Shown here in pieces: positions 9,469 to 19,258 of a DNA stretch of 64,000 nucleotides. A program made the position numbers and the translations under genes. The notes under the pieces are model-generated. The model searched no databases, was not told the DNA's origin, and saw nothing but the letters and a program-made list of their open reading frames with translations. Numbering within the stretch: the stretch's first letter is position 1; every line of letters begins with the position of its first letter. The DNA is from an uncultured Planctomycetaceae bacterium (lineage in GTDB: Bacteria > Planctomycetota > Phycisphaerae > SM23-33). Location of the stretch: assembly GCA_964472875.1 (NCBI GenBank), contig CAYYMD010000001.1, positions 11,505 through 75,504 of the forward strand, given 5' to 3'.

Positions 9469-9533
9469 GTCCGGGCCCTGCTTATTTCACGAAACGTAAT
9501 TACGGTAAGATTATAACCCACGGGCGTCTGGGT

Positions 9534-10220
9534 TCAACGACTGATGTTATATCGTTTTTTTATTTTCGTAACATATTCGTGTGCCCTGCGCGTCGGCTCG
9601 GGCAATCTTACGCCTTTAGCGGCACGTAGAGTCCAGCGTATTGCGTCCTCAAGCGTAACTCTGTGGCCCACCGAAACATAGACCGGCTTGACCGCCGTTC
9701 TCGTGCGCAGCACCGCTCCGATTACCCTGCGCTCGTGTCGAAGTTGTGTGCGGCAGCGGCGCTTTTGGCCCGGTGGGCGATGTTCACCCACAAGGCGGCT
9801 CTTGGCCACACCTATTGTGGGCACATCCAGCCAAAGTCCAACATGGCTGGCCAGGCCAAGCCCGCGGGGGTGAGCAACACCCTGCCCGTCACACATAAGC
9901 AGGTCGAAGGCGGGCATTTTCTTCAGCGCAGCGATGACAACCGGTGCCTCGCGAAAGGACAGCAGTCCCGGAACATACGGAAACTCACATGGCATGGCCG
10001 CCTCGGCGTCCGAGATTATTTCCATGGAGCCCGCTCTGCACAGCACTGCAGCAGCGATTATTTTTTTGCCGCCCTCGACAAACGCACAATCCACTCCCGC
10101 CACAGTGCTAACCTTTTTTCGCAACGGCGTCACGCGGACCTTCCCGGCCAGTTCGCGCTGAAGCGCTATCGCCTCCTTAGGTGTTACATCCCAGCGATGA
10201 TTTACATTTAGGCCAGGCAC
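9534..10220 (-). CDS. nfi: endonuclease V (deoxyinosine 3' endonuclease)
   Basis: YVPGLLSFREAPVVIAAL, DGQGVAHPRGLGLASHVGLWLDVPTIGVAKSRL, GHRVTLEDAIRW match the EndoV family. Confidence 0.8.
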   Translation of the reverse strand: MPGLNVNHRWDVTPKEAIALQRELAGKVRVTPLRKKVSTVAGVDCAFVEGGKKIIAAAVLCRAGSMEIISDAEAAMPCEFPYVPGLLSFREAPVVIAALKKMPAFDLLMCDGQGVAHPRGLGLASHVGLWLDVPTIGVAKSRLVGEHRPPGQKRRCRTQLRHERRVIGAVLRTRTAVKPVYVSVGHRVTLEDAIRWTLRAAKGVRLPEPTRRAHEYVTKIKKRYNISR

Positions 10221-10250
10221 AATTCTCGACCTGCAATCGGCGTTATCCTG

Positions 10251-11078
10251 CTACTTAATACCCAGCACGTCCTTCATGGAATACAGCCCCGGCTTCTGCC
10301 CGGTCACCCACCCGGCCGCACGAAGGGCGCCTCGGACGAAAACATCCCGCGTGTGGGCCGAATGTCCCAACGTTACAGTCTCGCCCAGCGAGCCGAACCG
10401 AATTGTGTGCTCGCCAACTGTGTCGCCCAGCCGTACGGCGTGCATGCCTATCTCGCCTTTTTTTCGCGGACACTGGCCACCGCGGCCAAAAGTTACGGTT
10501 TCGCCGTACTCCTTATCAGTGGCGCTGCATATGGACTTGGCCAGCGCTGCGGCGGTGCCGGAAGGTGCGTCTTGTTTGAATCGGTGGTGTGTTTCCGATA
10601 TTTCAATGTCGTAATCCTCTCCGAGCGCACGAGCAACATCGGCCACGAGTTTCAAAAGCAGGTTCACCCCGGGCGAAAAATTAGCCGCCTTGACGATGGG
10701 AATCTTTGCAGCGGAGTCGGCAACTTCCGCCTGTTGCGATTCGGTCAGTCCTGTAGTGCCGATAACCATCGCCACTCCGTGTTCCCTGCAAACCTCAAGC
10801 CAGTGCATCGCACCGGCGGGCGTGGAAAAGTCAATCAGCACATCGGGCTGGTCACGAAGAGTTTCGGTAACATCGAGACCGAATGGCCCGACCCCCGCCA
10901 GTTCGCCTATGTCACCGCCTATTGCCTCGTGTCCCTTCTCTTCCAGGGCCGAGACAATATCGTATTGCTCGGATTCTATCGCCAGTGCGGCAATCCGTCG
11001 TCCCATGCGTCCTGCCGCACCGGTAATCGCTATCTTTAACATTATTTGCTCCTGTGAAATTTTGTGTTTGTTGTTCAA
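10251..11078 (-). CDS. dapB: 4-hydroxy-tetrahydrodipicolinate reductase
   Basis: KIAITGAAGRMGRRI NAD(P)-binding N-term; catalytic ETHHRFKQDAPSGTA motif; true start possibly internal Met (MLKIAITG, ~11042). Confidence 0.85.
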   Translation of the reverse strand: MNNKHKISQEQIMLKIAITGAAGRMGRRIAALAIESEQYDIVSALEEKGHEAIGGDIGELAGVGPFGLDVTETLRDQPDVLIDFSTPAGAMHWLEVCREHGVAMVIGTTGLTESQQAEVADSAAKIPIVKAANFSPGVNLLLKLVADVARALGEDYDIEISETHHRFKQDAPSGTAAALAKSICSATDKEYGETVTFGRGGQCPRKKGEIGMHAVRLGDTVGEHTIRFGSLGETVTLGHSAHTRDVFVRGALRAAGWVTGQKPGLYSMKDVLGIK

Positions 11079-11177
11079 TTATACATTTTTCATTACACAC
11101 TCATATCATCGATTCGGGCTTTCTGCAACCGACGGCATTTCGCTATTACTTGCAATTTCGCCATCGATAAATAAACT

Positions 11178-11912
11178 TTGTCCGTTATGGCTGTTTTAAT
11201 AATACCTGCGCGATACTCCTCGAAGCGGCTCCCGGGCAAGGCACTGCTGGCCGAAACGGGCAAACCGCTCATCCAGCACGTAGTTGAGTCGGCGGCCCCC
11301 GCCGAGCGCATCTCTCGCGTAGTGGTAGCTACCGACGACGAACGAATCAGGGATGCTGTAATCGGCTTCGGCGGCGAGGCGATTATGACGGAACAAAAGC
11401 ACCGATGCGGTACCGAACGCGTGGCCGAGGCGGCCGGCAAACTTGACATAGGCGAAGATGAAATTGTTGTAAATCTCCAGGGCGATGAGCCGGATATGCC
11501 GCCGGCGGGCATTGATACGCTGGTTCGGTTGCTGGATGAAAGCGACGCTCCGATGGCGACGCTGGCCTGCCCGCTGCCGGCACAAGAGGTGAATCAGCCA
11601 CACAGAGTAAAAGTAGTCTGTGACATAAACTCCAAAGCGTTATATTTTTCACGGGCGCCGATACCGTTCGACCGCGACTCTTTAGGCGGCGTGCAGCATC
11701 TGCTGCATCTGGGTATTTATGCATATCGCGCGTGGTTCCTGAGGCGTTTGGCGCAATTGGACCAGACCCCTGCCGAGAAAGCGGAGAAACTCGAGCAACT
11801 GCGGGCGCTGGAGAACGGTTTTGAGATAATCGTAGGCCTGGTCGAATACAATTACCATGGAATCGATACTATAGAAGATTACCACATGTTCGTGGCCAAC
11901 CATACTCAGTAA
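11178..11912 (+). CDS. kdsB: 3-deoxy-manno-octulosonate cytidylyltransferase (CMP-Kdo synthetase)
   Basis: IIPARYSSKRLPGKALL, NLQGDEP, ALYFSRAPIPFDRD are characteristic of KdsB. Confidence 0.85.
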   Translation: MSVMAVLIIPARYSSKRLPGKALLAETGKPLIQHVVESAAPAERISRVVVATDDERIRDAVIGFGGEAIMTEQKHRCGTERVAEAAGKLDIGEDEIVVNLQGDEPDMPPAGIDTLVRLLDESDAPMATLACPLPAQEVNQPHRVKVVCDINSKALYFSRAPIPFDRDSLGGVQHLLHLGIYAYRAWFLRRLAQLDQTPAEKAEKLEQLRALENGFEIIVGLVEYNYHGIDTIEDYHMFVANHTQ

Positions 11913-11939
11913 TTAACATTATTTGATGAGGATATAAAA

Positions 11940-12353
11940 ATGGCGGAAAACGAGAATAAAAAACAGGAAAAAGCCAAAATAATCGCCGACGATGATTGGA
12001 AGTCGCAGGCCAAGGCGGAAAAAGAGAAACTGGCCAAGGAAGTGGAATCAAAGCAGGCCGCTGCCGCCCAGGGTAAGGGCGGCACCGGGCAGCAGCGCGA
12101 ACTACCCCCGGCCAGTTTTACGTCGCTGGTCAATTTTCTTGGAGCCCAGATTATGTTCGCCCTGGGCGGCATGCAGGACCCGAAATCGCAAAAACGATAC
12201 GTTGACCTGAACCTGGCCAAGCACTATATAGACACTCTCGAGGTCCTTGAAGAAAAGACCAAGGGCAATCTAAGCGATGAGGAAAAACAGCTTCTCGACC
12301 GCATTCTGTACGAAACGCGGATGAACTACGTGCAGTTGGCACAGCAGATGTAA
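11940..12353 (+). CDS. small conserved hypothetical protein (DUF1844-like; K/E-rich N-term, conserved C-terminal helical core)
   Basis: 137-aa ORF with clean codon usage; SFTSLVNFLGAQIMFALGGM motif; no function inferable. Confidence 0.45.
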   Translation: MAENENKKQEKAKIIADDDWKSQAKAEKEKLAKEVESKQAAAAQGKGGTGQQRELPPASFTSLVNFLGAQIMFALGGMQDPKSQKRYVDLNLAKHYIDTLEVLEEKTKGNLSDEEKQLLDRILYETRMNYVQLAQQM

Positions 12354-12357
12354 ACGG

Positions 12358-13455
12358 CTATTTGCGGCTGGCGATTCTTTTCGTTTCTTCCATGACTGCA
12401 TTGACTATTTCGCCAACCGATATGGTGCGGATTTTTTGGCCGCGTCGGTATAAAACTGCCTTCTCGGCCCCGGCAGCGCAGACTGCTATGTCGGCATTAT
12501 CCGCCTCTCCCGGTCCGTTCACTACGCATCCCATCACTGCTACTGTCAACGGCACCTGCACGTCGGCCAGTGCCTCCTGTACTTTCTCCACTATCGGCAG
12601 CAATTCCATCCGTACCCGTCCACAGGTCGGGCATGCGATAATCTCCGGCCGCAGCCGTGGGCGAAGACGAAGACTCGCCAATAGCTCCACAGCGACACGC
12701 ACCTCCGTCACCGGATCACCCGCAAATGATAGCCGTATCGTATCACCTATGCCTTCGCTCAGCAGTGTTCCCACCGCCGCAGCCGACCTGACCACCGCCG
12801 TTTGAACAGGACCGGCGTGGGTTACGCCCAGATGAAGAGGGTAATCCCACCTCTCGGCCAGCAAGCGATTGGCCGCGACGGTTGTGAATGCGTCACGACT
12901 CTTGGCTGAAAGCACAATGTCGTTAAAATCCGCCCGTTGGAATTCCTCCAGGTATTCTTTAATTTTATCGGCCATGAGTTCCTCCAGTGGCCGGGACATA
13001 TCCGCCGTTCTGCGGGCCGAGTCCTTCCTCTCTACTACAGACCCTTCATTTACTCCAACGCGTATAGCCACCGAGTTATCGGCAGCGGCGGAGATGACTT
13101 CTCGCAACTGAGCAGGGTTAGATATATTTCCCGGGTTGAGGCGTATTTTTGCGGCCCCTGCGCTGATCGCCTCCAGGGCGCGTCGGTAATTAAAGTGTAC
13201 ATCCGCTATTATTGGCGTCGGCGAACGATCGACAATCTGCTCAAGGGCCTTTGTATCGTCCCTCGTGGGGACAGCGACGCGAACCAGATCGGCCCCAGCC
13301 TCTGCCAGCTGCTCAACCTGCGCGCAGGTCGCCTCAACGTCGGTAGTAGCGGTCTTGGTCATACTCTGAACGCTGACCGGTTCTCCGCCTCCGATGGCTA
13401 CCCCCCCAACCTGCACGCAACGGGAATCGCGCCTTTTTATGCGTGGATATTGCAC
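12358..13455 (-). CDS. ispG: 4-hydroxy-3-methylbut-2-en-1-yl diphosphate synthase (MEP pathway, GcpE)
   Basis: RRDSRCVQVGGVAIGGGEPVSVQSMT N-term; IIACPTCGR and MGCVVNGPGE Fe-S ligand motifs. Confidence 0.9.
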   Translation of the reverse strand: MQYPRIKRRDSRCVQVGGVAIGGGEPVSVQSMTKTATTDVEATCAQVEQLAEAGADLVRVAVPTRDDTKALEQIVDRSPTPIIADVHFNYRRALEAISAGAAKIRLNPGNISNPAQLREVISAAADNSVAIRVGVNEGSVVERKDSARRTADMSRPLEELMADKIKEYLEEFQRADFNDIVLSAKSRDAFTTVAANRLLAERWDYPLHLGVTHAGPVQTAVVRSAAAVGTLLSEGIGDTIRLSFAGDPVTEVRVAVELLASLRLRPRLRPEIIACPTCGRVRMELLPIVEKVQEALADVQVPLTVAVMGCVVNGPGEADNADIAVCAAGAEKAVLYRRGQKIRTISVGEIVNAVMEETKRIASRK

Positions 13456-13541
13456 AAAATTATCATACCCCCCTCACGTGACAAATAAAAGAGGCCGCTT
13501 TTGCAGCCCCTTTCGGTGAATCTTTGCTCATCTGGAAGAAT

Positions 13542-13781
13542 CTAAGCCCCGACCAGCTGAGTGCGGGCATGATGGCGGAAAGAAAGAACAAGATTCTTTG
13601 TCGACGCGCCTTCGCCCGAACCGGTGCACAAACGCGGCGAACGGGCTATATGAAGATGGCGGAGGTACTCATCGAGGTCTTCCTGGTCGAATTGAGCCAG
13701 AAATTCCGGCTTAGCCGAACGGTTCATGTTCAGTATCTGATCGATTGTCTGTCGTTTTGTCATTTTAGTATCCTTGCACAC
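13542..13781 (-). CDS. possible small hypothetical protein (79 aa) in the ispG/methyltransferase divergent spacer
   Basis: ORF only; helical-looking TIDQILNMNRSAKPEFLAQFDQEDLDEYLRHL segment; no recognisable family. Confidence 0.2.
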   Translation of the reverse strand: MCKDTKMTKRQTIDQILNMNRSAKPEFLAQFDQEDLDEYLRHLHIARSPRLCTGSGEGASTKNLVLSFRHHARTQLVGA

Positions 13782-13950
13782 TTAGAAAATATTTCAGAGA
13801 ACCACGAATTCTCTGGAATTTATCGGTTCACAGGCCATGATAACTTTAGGCCCAACGATTTCTGTTCACTCAAGTATTACTGGTTTGATGGACGAAATAC
13901 TTGTATACTGAAAGCATCAACAAGGAAGGCAAACCACACCAGGACAAGAC

Positions 13951-14838
13951 ATGAATATTGATACCTCGGATATAAATTTTGAGCGCCACGGGTCTGTTAG
14001 GAAAATTTTAAAGCGCTCGATGGTGAATCCACTGGCCAATTACCTGCCCGCCGGATTACTCAGGGGCCTTCTGCGTTTCGGTAAAAGTGAACTGGCCGCG
14101 GCGAACTGGACCGACCCTGGCGGTTGGAAGAGCATGATAATCAGCTACACCGGCAGGACCAGCCAGGTAGCCGACATACTGCTGCTTGCCGGTGGCACAC
14201 TTCATATGGCCCTGCGAAACCGCAGGCGACTGGCCGGAAAGATGCTTTCGGAACTTATAGACTCCAGCTCCAGCAAAAAACCGCACTTGCTTTCTCTCGG
14301 TGCCGGTCCGGGCCAGATTATCTTAGACGCCCTCTCGCAGGCAAAGTCTCCCGCAGAAGCAACTATGGTTGACCTTAATCCTGAGGCGTCGGATTATGGC
14401 CGCCAGCTGGCCGCGGACGCCGGTCTGGAAGACAGGATATATTACATAGTCGGCGACGTCCGAGATGTATCGGAGATGCTCTCCAAGCCGCCTGACGTAG
14501 TCGTCATGCTCGGGATATGCGAATACCTGACGGACCACCAGATCAGCAGTATCGCCAAAACGGTCTCAGAAGTTATGCCACATGGCTCATCGATTGTGTT
14601 TAACAGCATTTCGCCCGCCCACGGCACTGACAGGTTCTTCAGGCGGATATTCGGTCTGCATATGAATTACCGCACACCACAGGAATTGCAGAAATTGATC
14701 GGAGAGGGGGGATTTGGAGAGTTTGCCTCGATTCCCGAACCCCTCAACGTGTATCATGTTGTTGTAGGCCAGAGGCAGAAAATCTACACGCGGCAAGAAA
14801 ATACTGAACGTTCCCAAAACAGCGTGGTGAGCAAATAA
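13951..14838 (+). CDS. class I SAM-dependent methyltransferase
   Basis: Motif I LLSLGAGPGQ, acidic motif II TMVDLNPE, motif III IYYIVGDVRD, VVVMLGICEYL. Confidence 0.7.
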   Translation: MNIDTSDINFERHGSVRKILKRSMVNPLANYLPAGLLRGLLRFGKSELAAANWTDPGGWKSMIISYTGRTSQVADILLLAGGTLHMALRNRRRLAGKMLSELIDSSSSKKPHLLSLGAGPGQIILDALSQAKSPAEATMVDLNPEASDYGRQLAADAGLEDRIYYIVGDVRDVSEMLSKPPDVVVMLGICEYLTDHQISSIAKTVSEVMPHGSSIVFNSISPAHGTDRFFRRIFGLHMNYRTPQELQKLIGEGGFGEFASIPEPLNVYHVVVGQRQKIYTRQENTERSQNSVVSK

Positions 14839-14872
14839 ATCCACGCACCCTGTTAATAAGGGCGCCCGTCAA

Positions 14873-16207
14873 ATGGCCAACGTATCACTACCCTGGAATA
14901 AAGGCGAAATCACACTGGATCTTCCGCAAAACTGGACGGTTCAGCAGACCGCTACTCCTAACCTGCCCAAGGCGCCTCAGGACTGGCGCGAACGTCTGGC
15001 CAGGGCGTGCGCGCGGGGAGAACCCGGAGATTCTTTGTCCGAACTTGCGACGGAGGCCGCCAGACATAACTGGCCAGTGGCTCTTATCGTCGAAGACCTC
15101 ACAAGACACAGCCCCCTGGCGGATATAATGGACATCCTCATGCGGGAAATGCGTCACGCGGGAGTGAAGGACGAACAGATAGAGATTGTATTTGCCGTGG
15201 GCATGCATCCGCCCATGACACCCCCGCAAGCTCGTGAGAAATTGGGGGCTTCATGTGATGGGGTTAAATTCACCAGTAACCCCTGGAATGACCCGACAGC
15301 ATACAAACACCTGGGGAGAATCGGGAAAACCGAAGTCTGGGTCTATCGCCCAGTGGCAGAAGCACAACTGCGCTTAGTTGTATCTTCAGTCTCACCGCAC
15401 CTACAGGCAGGTTTCAGCGGCGGATATAAAATGATTTTTCCGGGCTGCGCGAACCTGAAAACCATTCGTTCGCTGCATAAACTCGGAGTAAGCTCGACAC
15501 CGCGGCAATTAGTCGGCACGGATGCAGACCGGAATCCGATGCGCGAGACCTTAGACGCCGCCGGCGAACTGCTTGACCGCCACGGTGGTCGTACATTCAC
15601 TGTACAATATCTTCTGGATGATAAGGATATGCCGGCAGTAATCGCCACAGGGGCCGCCACTCCGACCCAGCGTATGCTTGCCAAGCAATGCGCCGTGGGA
15701 TGCGGGACGGTCATGGACGCTCCCTCCGATGTCCTCATTACAAACGCATATCCCCGCAATGTCGACCTGTGGCAATCGTTTAAGTGCATTATAAACACCC
15801 TGTGGGCGCTGAAACCCAATGGTGTGATAATATGCACCACCCCCTGCCCCATGGGTACAAATAACATGGATATCCCGCGCTGGCCTATCAGCGCGGCATG
15901 GACGCGGCGGTTTATACGATTGCTGGGACACGAGGCGCTGTATAACCTGCTTACGCGACTGGTGCCTTCACTGGGCGGAGAAGCGGAATTTTTTGTACGC
16001 ATGGCTCTTCAGACCATACATCGTAACCCCGTATTATTGGCCTCTCCCACCCTTGCCGAACAGCAGCTCCGTTTTCCGGCGATGGAAATTTACGCGCAGC
16101 CCCAGGATGCCGTTGAGGCGGCTGCAAGACTCCTTGGTGACGGCCCGCAGCGTGTATCAGTATTCCCTGCCGGAGGAATTACTTTCCCGGTTATGCCGTC
16201 GCAGTAA
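14873..16207 (+). CDS. LarA-like protein (lactate racemase / DUF2088 family; nickel-pincer-cofactor enzyme family)
   Basis: ~440 aa; VSPHLQAGFSGGYKMIFPG resembles the LarA His...GF-GG-K cofactor-tethering region; substrate unknown. Confidence 0.55.
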   Translation: MANVSLPWNKGEITLDLPQNWTVQQTATPNLPKAPQDWRERLARACARGEPGDSLSELATEAARHNWPVALIVEDLTRHSPLADIMDILMREMRHAGVKDEQIEIVFAVGMHPPMTPPQAREKLGASCDGVKFTSNPWNDPTAYKHLGRIGKTEVWVYRPVAEAQLRLVVSSVSPHLQAGFSGGYKMIFPGCANLKTIRSLHKLGVSSTPRQLVGTDADRNPMRETLDAAGELLDRHGGRTFTVQYLLDDKDMPAVIATGAATPTQRMLAKQCAVGCGTVMDAPSDVLITNAYPRNVDLWQSFKCIINTLWALKPNGVIICTTPCPMGTNNMDIPRWPISAAWTRRFIRLLGHEALYNLLTRLVPSLGGEAEFFVRMALQTIHRNPVLLASPTLAEQQLRFPAMEIYAQPQDAVEAAARLLGDGPQRVSVFPAGGITFPVMPSQ

Positions 16208-16221
16208 AATCAGAAAATACT

Positions 16222-17475
16222 ATGAAGCCGCACAAAACCACAAAAATTCATGACCTGCAGAAGGTTCTGGAAATTACGCGATCGATGGTTGCTGCCGAGG
16301 ATTTGCACTCGCTTCTGCAACTTATTATTGACAGGAGCATGGAACTTCTCGACGCCGAGCGTGCTTCTCTGTTTCTCTACGACCCCGACAATAATGAACT
16401 GTACAGCCGCATAGCCGCCGGCGTTGAGGAAATTCGCGTGCCCGCCAACAAAGGTATCTCCGGCGCTACCGTGAAAACGGGAAACACGATCAACGTCGCC
16501 GATGCATACGGCGATTCGAGGTTCAATCCGGATGTGGACAAACGTACGGGGTACCGCACACGAAACATCCTTTCGACTCCTCTGAGCGACCATATGGGCA
16601 ATCTGGTGGGCGTTCTACAGGTCATAAACAAGCGCAGCGGCAATTTCAGTGACTACGACGAGATGCTGGCAGAAACGCTCGGCGCTCAGGCGGGAGTAGC
16701 TATACAACGCGCTAATCTTATCGAACATTTCATGCAGAAACAGAGGATGCAGCGGTCACTTGAAATCGCCCACGAAATTCAGCAGGGCCTGTTACCGAGA
16801 GGGCAGGCGGCTATATCCGCATTTGACGTATCCGGCATCTGCGTGCCGGCCGATGAAACCGGCGGCGATATATACGACTTTCTCGAACTTCCCGGCGGCA
16901 ACTGGATGTTTATGGTCGCCGACGCTACGGGACACGGCGTCGGCCCTGCACTGATTGTAGTTCAAACCAGGGCCATGCTGCGGGCGGTGAGCATGTGCCA
17001 CGATACGTTACCCGTTGTAATGCAAACCGCAAATAACTTGCTTGTCAGGGACTTGCAATACACCCGCTTCGTGACGTGCTTCATGGGAATCCTGTCGCCG
17101 GATAACAGCCAACTCACGTATGCTTCCGCCGGCCATGGGCCAATGCTTTTCTACAGGCGCTGCGAGGATAAGTTCACAGAGGTTGCGGCTACGGCTCTGC
17201 CGTTAGGGGTGGATGAAGAAACTGCATACGATGAAATGGAATCTTTCAGTTTTACCTCAGGTGACTTCGTTGTAATCACCACCGATGGAGTTTTCGAAGC
17301 CGAGAACCCGGAGGGCGAGCAATTCACTATGGAACGCGTCAAAAAAGTTCTACACGAACACAGGGACTCACCGACGTCCGAGATGATAAGCACGCTTCGC
17401 GACAAAGTTAAGGATTTCACGAAATCTTCCATCCAAGGTGATGATTTAACGGCCCTGATTATTCGTAAAGACTAA
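16222..17475 (+). CDS. GAF-sensor PP2C-family (SpoIIE/RsbU-type) serine phosphatase
   Basis: N-terminal GAF (ERASLFLYDPDNNELYSRIAAG...GISGATVKTG); C-terminal PPM domain SLEIAHEIQQGLLP..GGDIYDF..MVADATGHGVGPAL..TTDGVFEAEN..GDDLTALI. Confidence 0.8.
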   Translation: MKPHKTTKIHDLQKVLEITRSMVAAEDLHSLLQLIIDRSMELLDAERASLFLYDPDNNELYSRIAAGVEEIRVPANKGISGATVKTGNTINVADAYGDSRFNPDVDKRTGYRTRNILSTPLSDHMGNLVGVLQVINKRSGNFSDYDEMLAETLGAQAGVAIQRANLIEHFMQKQRMQRSLEIAHEIQQGLLPRGQAAISAFDVSGICVPADETGGDIYDFLELPGGNWMFMVADATGHGVGPALIVVQTRAMLRAVSMCHDTLPVVMQTANNLLVRDLQYTRFVTCFMGILSPDNSQLTYASAGHGPMLFYRRCEDKFTEVAATALPLGVDEETAYDEMESFSFTSGDFVVITTDGVFEAENPEGEQFTMERVKKVLHEHRDSPTSEMISTLRDKVKDFTKSSIQGDDLTALIIRKD

Positions 17476-17510
17476 ATCCGCTTCACCGCAATTTTTGAGT
17501 TTGGCGGATT
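17475..17510. terminator. candidate bidirectional terminator: inverted repeat aaatccgc...gcggatt between convergent PP2C and folE genes
   Basis: 7-bp perfect inverted repeat with ~21-nt interior, T-rich middle; read by eye. Confidence 0.3.
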
Positions 17511-18087
17511 ATTTGCCCGTGAGCAGTTTGATAGCCTCGGTCCGTGTAGCAAGATTCGTCTTGAACAGGCCCCGCATAGCTGATGTGACCATTGTGGCGC
17601 CGGGTTTGTGCACGCCGCGAATTGTCATACAAGTGTGCGTGGCTTCGACTATCACACCCACACCTTTGGCGTCAAGTTCCTTCATCAGCAGGTCGGCTAT
17701 CTGACTTGTCAGACGTTCCTGCACCTGAGGACGGCGGGCGAAAGACTCCACCACCCGGGCGAGTTTGCTAATCCCCACAACCCTTCCCAGTGGCAGATAA
17801 GCCACATGCGCCTTTCCCATAAAGGGTAGAAGGTGGTGTTCACACATGGAATAAAATGCTATGTCCCGCAGGACTACCATTTCGTCATATTGCTCGTCGA
17901 AATGAGCGACTATGTGCTCAGCTGGCTCCTGAAACAAGCCCACAAAAACTTCGGCGTACAGGTTAGCAACCCGCCTCGGTGTATCCTTGAGACCCTGGCG
18001 AGCCGGGTCTTCGCCCACGGCTTCGAGTATTTGTCTGACCGCCTGTTCTATGGCGGCCGTGTCTATTTTTTGTTCTTTAGATGCCAT
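17509..18087 (-). CDS. folE: GTP cyclohydrolase I (FolE type I)
   Basis: GLKDTPRRVANLY, MCEHHLLPF, VAYLP..VVGISKLARVV conserved FolE blocks. Confidence 0.9.
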   Translation of the reverse strand: MASKEQKIDTAAIEQAVRQILEAVGEDPARQGLKDTPRRVANLYAEVFVGLFQEPAEHIVAHFDEQYDEMVVLRDIAFYSMCEHHLLPFMGKAHVAYLPLGRVVGISKLARVVESFARRPQVQERLTSQIADLLMKELDAKGVGVIVEATHTCMTIRGVHKPGATMVTSAMRGLFKTNLATRTEAIKLLTGK

Positions 18088-18146
18088 CTGCTCACCAAAT
18101 AACTATATCCCGCGATTATTACAAGGTCAAACTTGCGGATTTCCTA

Positions 18147-19190
18147 TTATGTCGTCGTTTGTTGCTCATTCAGTCTTTCCATAGCCCACCGGATAACCTC
18201 ATCGTGATTATGCAGACATAGATCAAGTTTTTTAAGTGCGGGAATTAAAGAAGCATCCTGCGAATTTCCAGCTGCGATGACGGCATTTCGCATAAACATT
18301 TGGTAATTCGCTCTATGGACGGCTGTGCCACGGACGGCAGCTGCATATTCATCCGGCTCAAATCTTAATATTTCCGCCAGTGAAGATTCACAAAGTGCCG
18401 AAGCTTGGCCTGACGATACCAACTCTTCATCGCCGGGCGGAATGTCTTGATTAAAAGGACACACCAGCTGGCACGTGTCGCAGCCGAAGACCCGACAACC
18501 CATCAAAGGCCAGTATCGGTGGTTAATTTTACCGCGGTGCTCCACTGTCAGATAGGAGAAGCATTTATTTGCATCAATAAGACCGGGAGAAACAAACGCG
18601 CCAGTGGGGCACACCTGCATGCACCGACCGCAATCCCTGCATTCTGATTCCATCGGAGAATCCGGCCTGAGAGGCAAATTGGAAACTATCTCGCAAAGGA
18701 ATACGTAACTGCCCACATTCGGCACTATGAGGCATCCGTTGCGACCTATCCATCCCACGCCCGCAGTCGCTGCAACACTCCGTTCAGCCAACGGAGCGGT
18801 GTCTACAAATGCCCTGCCGCTGAATTCAGGCGACAGTTCGCTTATCGCGCGCATGAGACGCCGACACCTATTTTTGAGTACCTCGTGATAATCTCGCCCA
18901 CATGCATATGCGCTTACAAATCTCTTTAGCTGTTGTTCTGTTCGGGCCGGCGCATAACTGACAGCCAGTGATATAATGCTCTTCGCCCCTGGGACTAAGT
19001 CTCTGGGCGAATAACGTTTATGGACGTTGCGGTTCATATAGTACATGCCCGCCTCGTAATTGTGGTCAAGCCACTGACGAAAAACATTTCCACCGGGCAA
19101 TTCTCCTGCCGTGGTTATACCCACGGCCGCAAAACCCGCATCGAGTGCGAGCGTCTTTACCGCATCGGTTAATGTATCGTCGTAAGGCAT
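18147..19190 (-). CDS. queG: tRNA epoxyqueuosine(34) reductase
   Basis: Two 4Fe-4S ferredoxin motifs CRDCGRCMQVCPTGAF and CDTCQLVCPFN; HEAT-like C-terminal region; length and layout of QueG. Confidence 0.8.
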   Translation of the reverse strand: MPYDDTLTDAVKTLALDAGFAAVGITTAGELPGGNVFRQWLDHNYEAGMYYMNRNVHKRYSPRDLVPGAKSIISLAVSYAPARTEQQLKRFVSAYACGRDYHEVLKNRCRRLMRAISELSPEFSGRAFVDTAPLAERSVAATAGVGWIGRNGCLIVPNVGSYVFLCEIVSNLPLRPDSPMESECRDCGRCMQVCPTGAFVSPGLIDANKCFSYLTVEHRGKINHRYWPLMGCRVFGCDTCQLVCPFNQDIPPGDEELVSSGQASALCESSLAEILRFEPDEYAAAVRGTAVHRANYQMFMRNAVIAAGNSQDASLIPALKKLDLCLHNHDEVIRWAMERLNEQQTTT

Positions 19191-19258
19191 ACTAAGAATA
19201 TTTCACGCCAGTATATATGGAGAAATAAACGACAAAAATGTGATTTGGCCTCCGCCGG

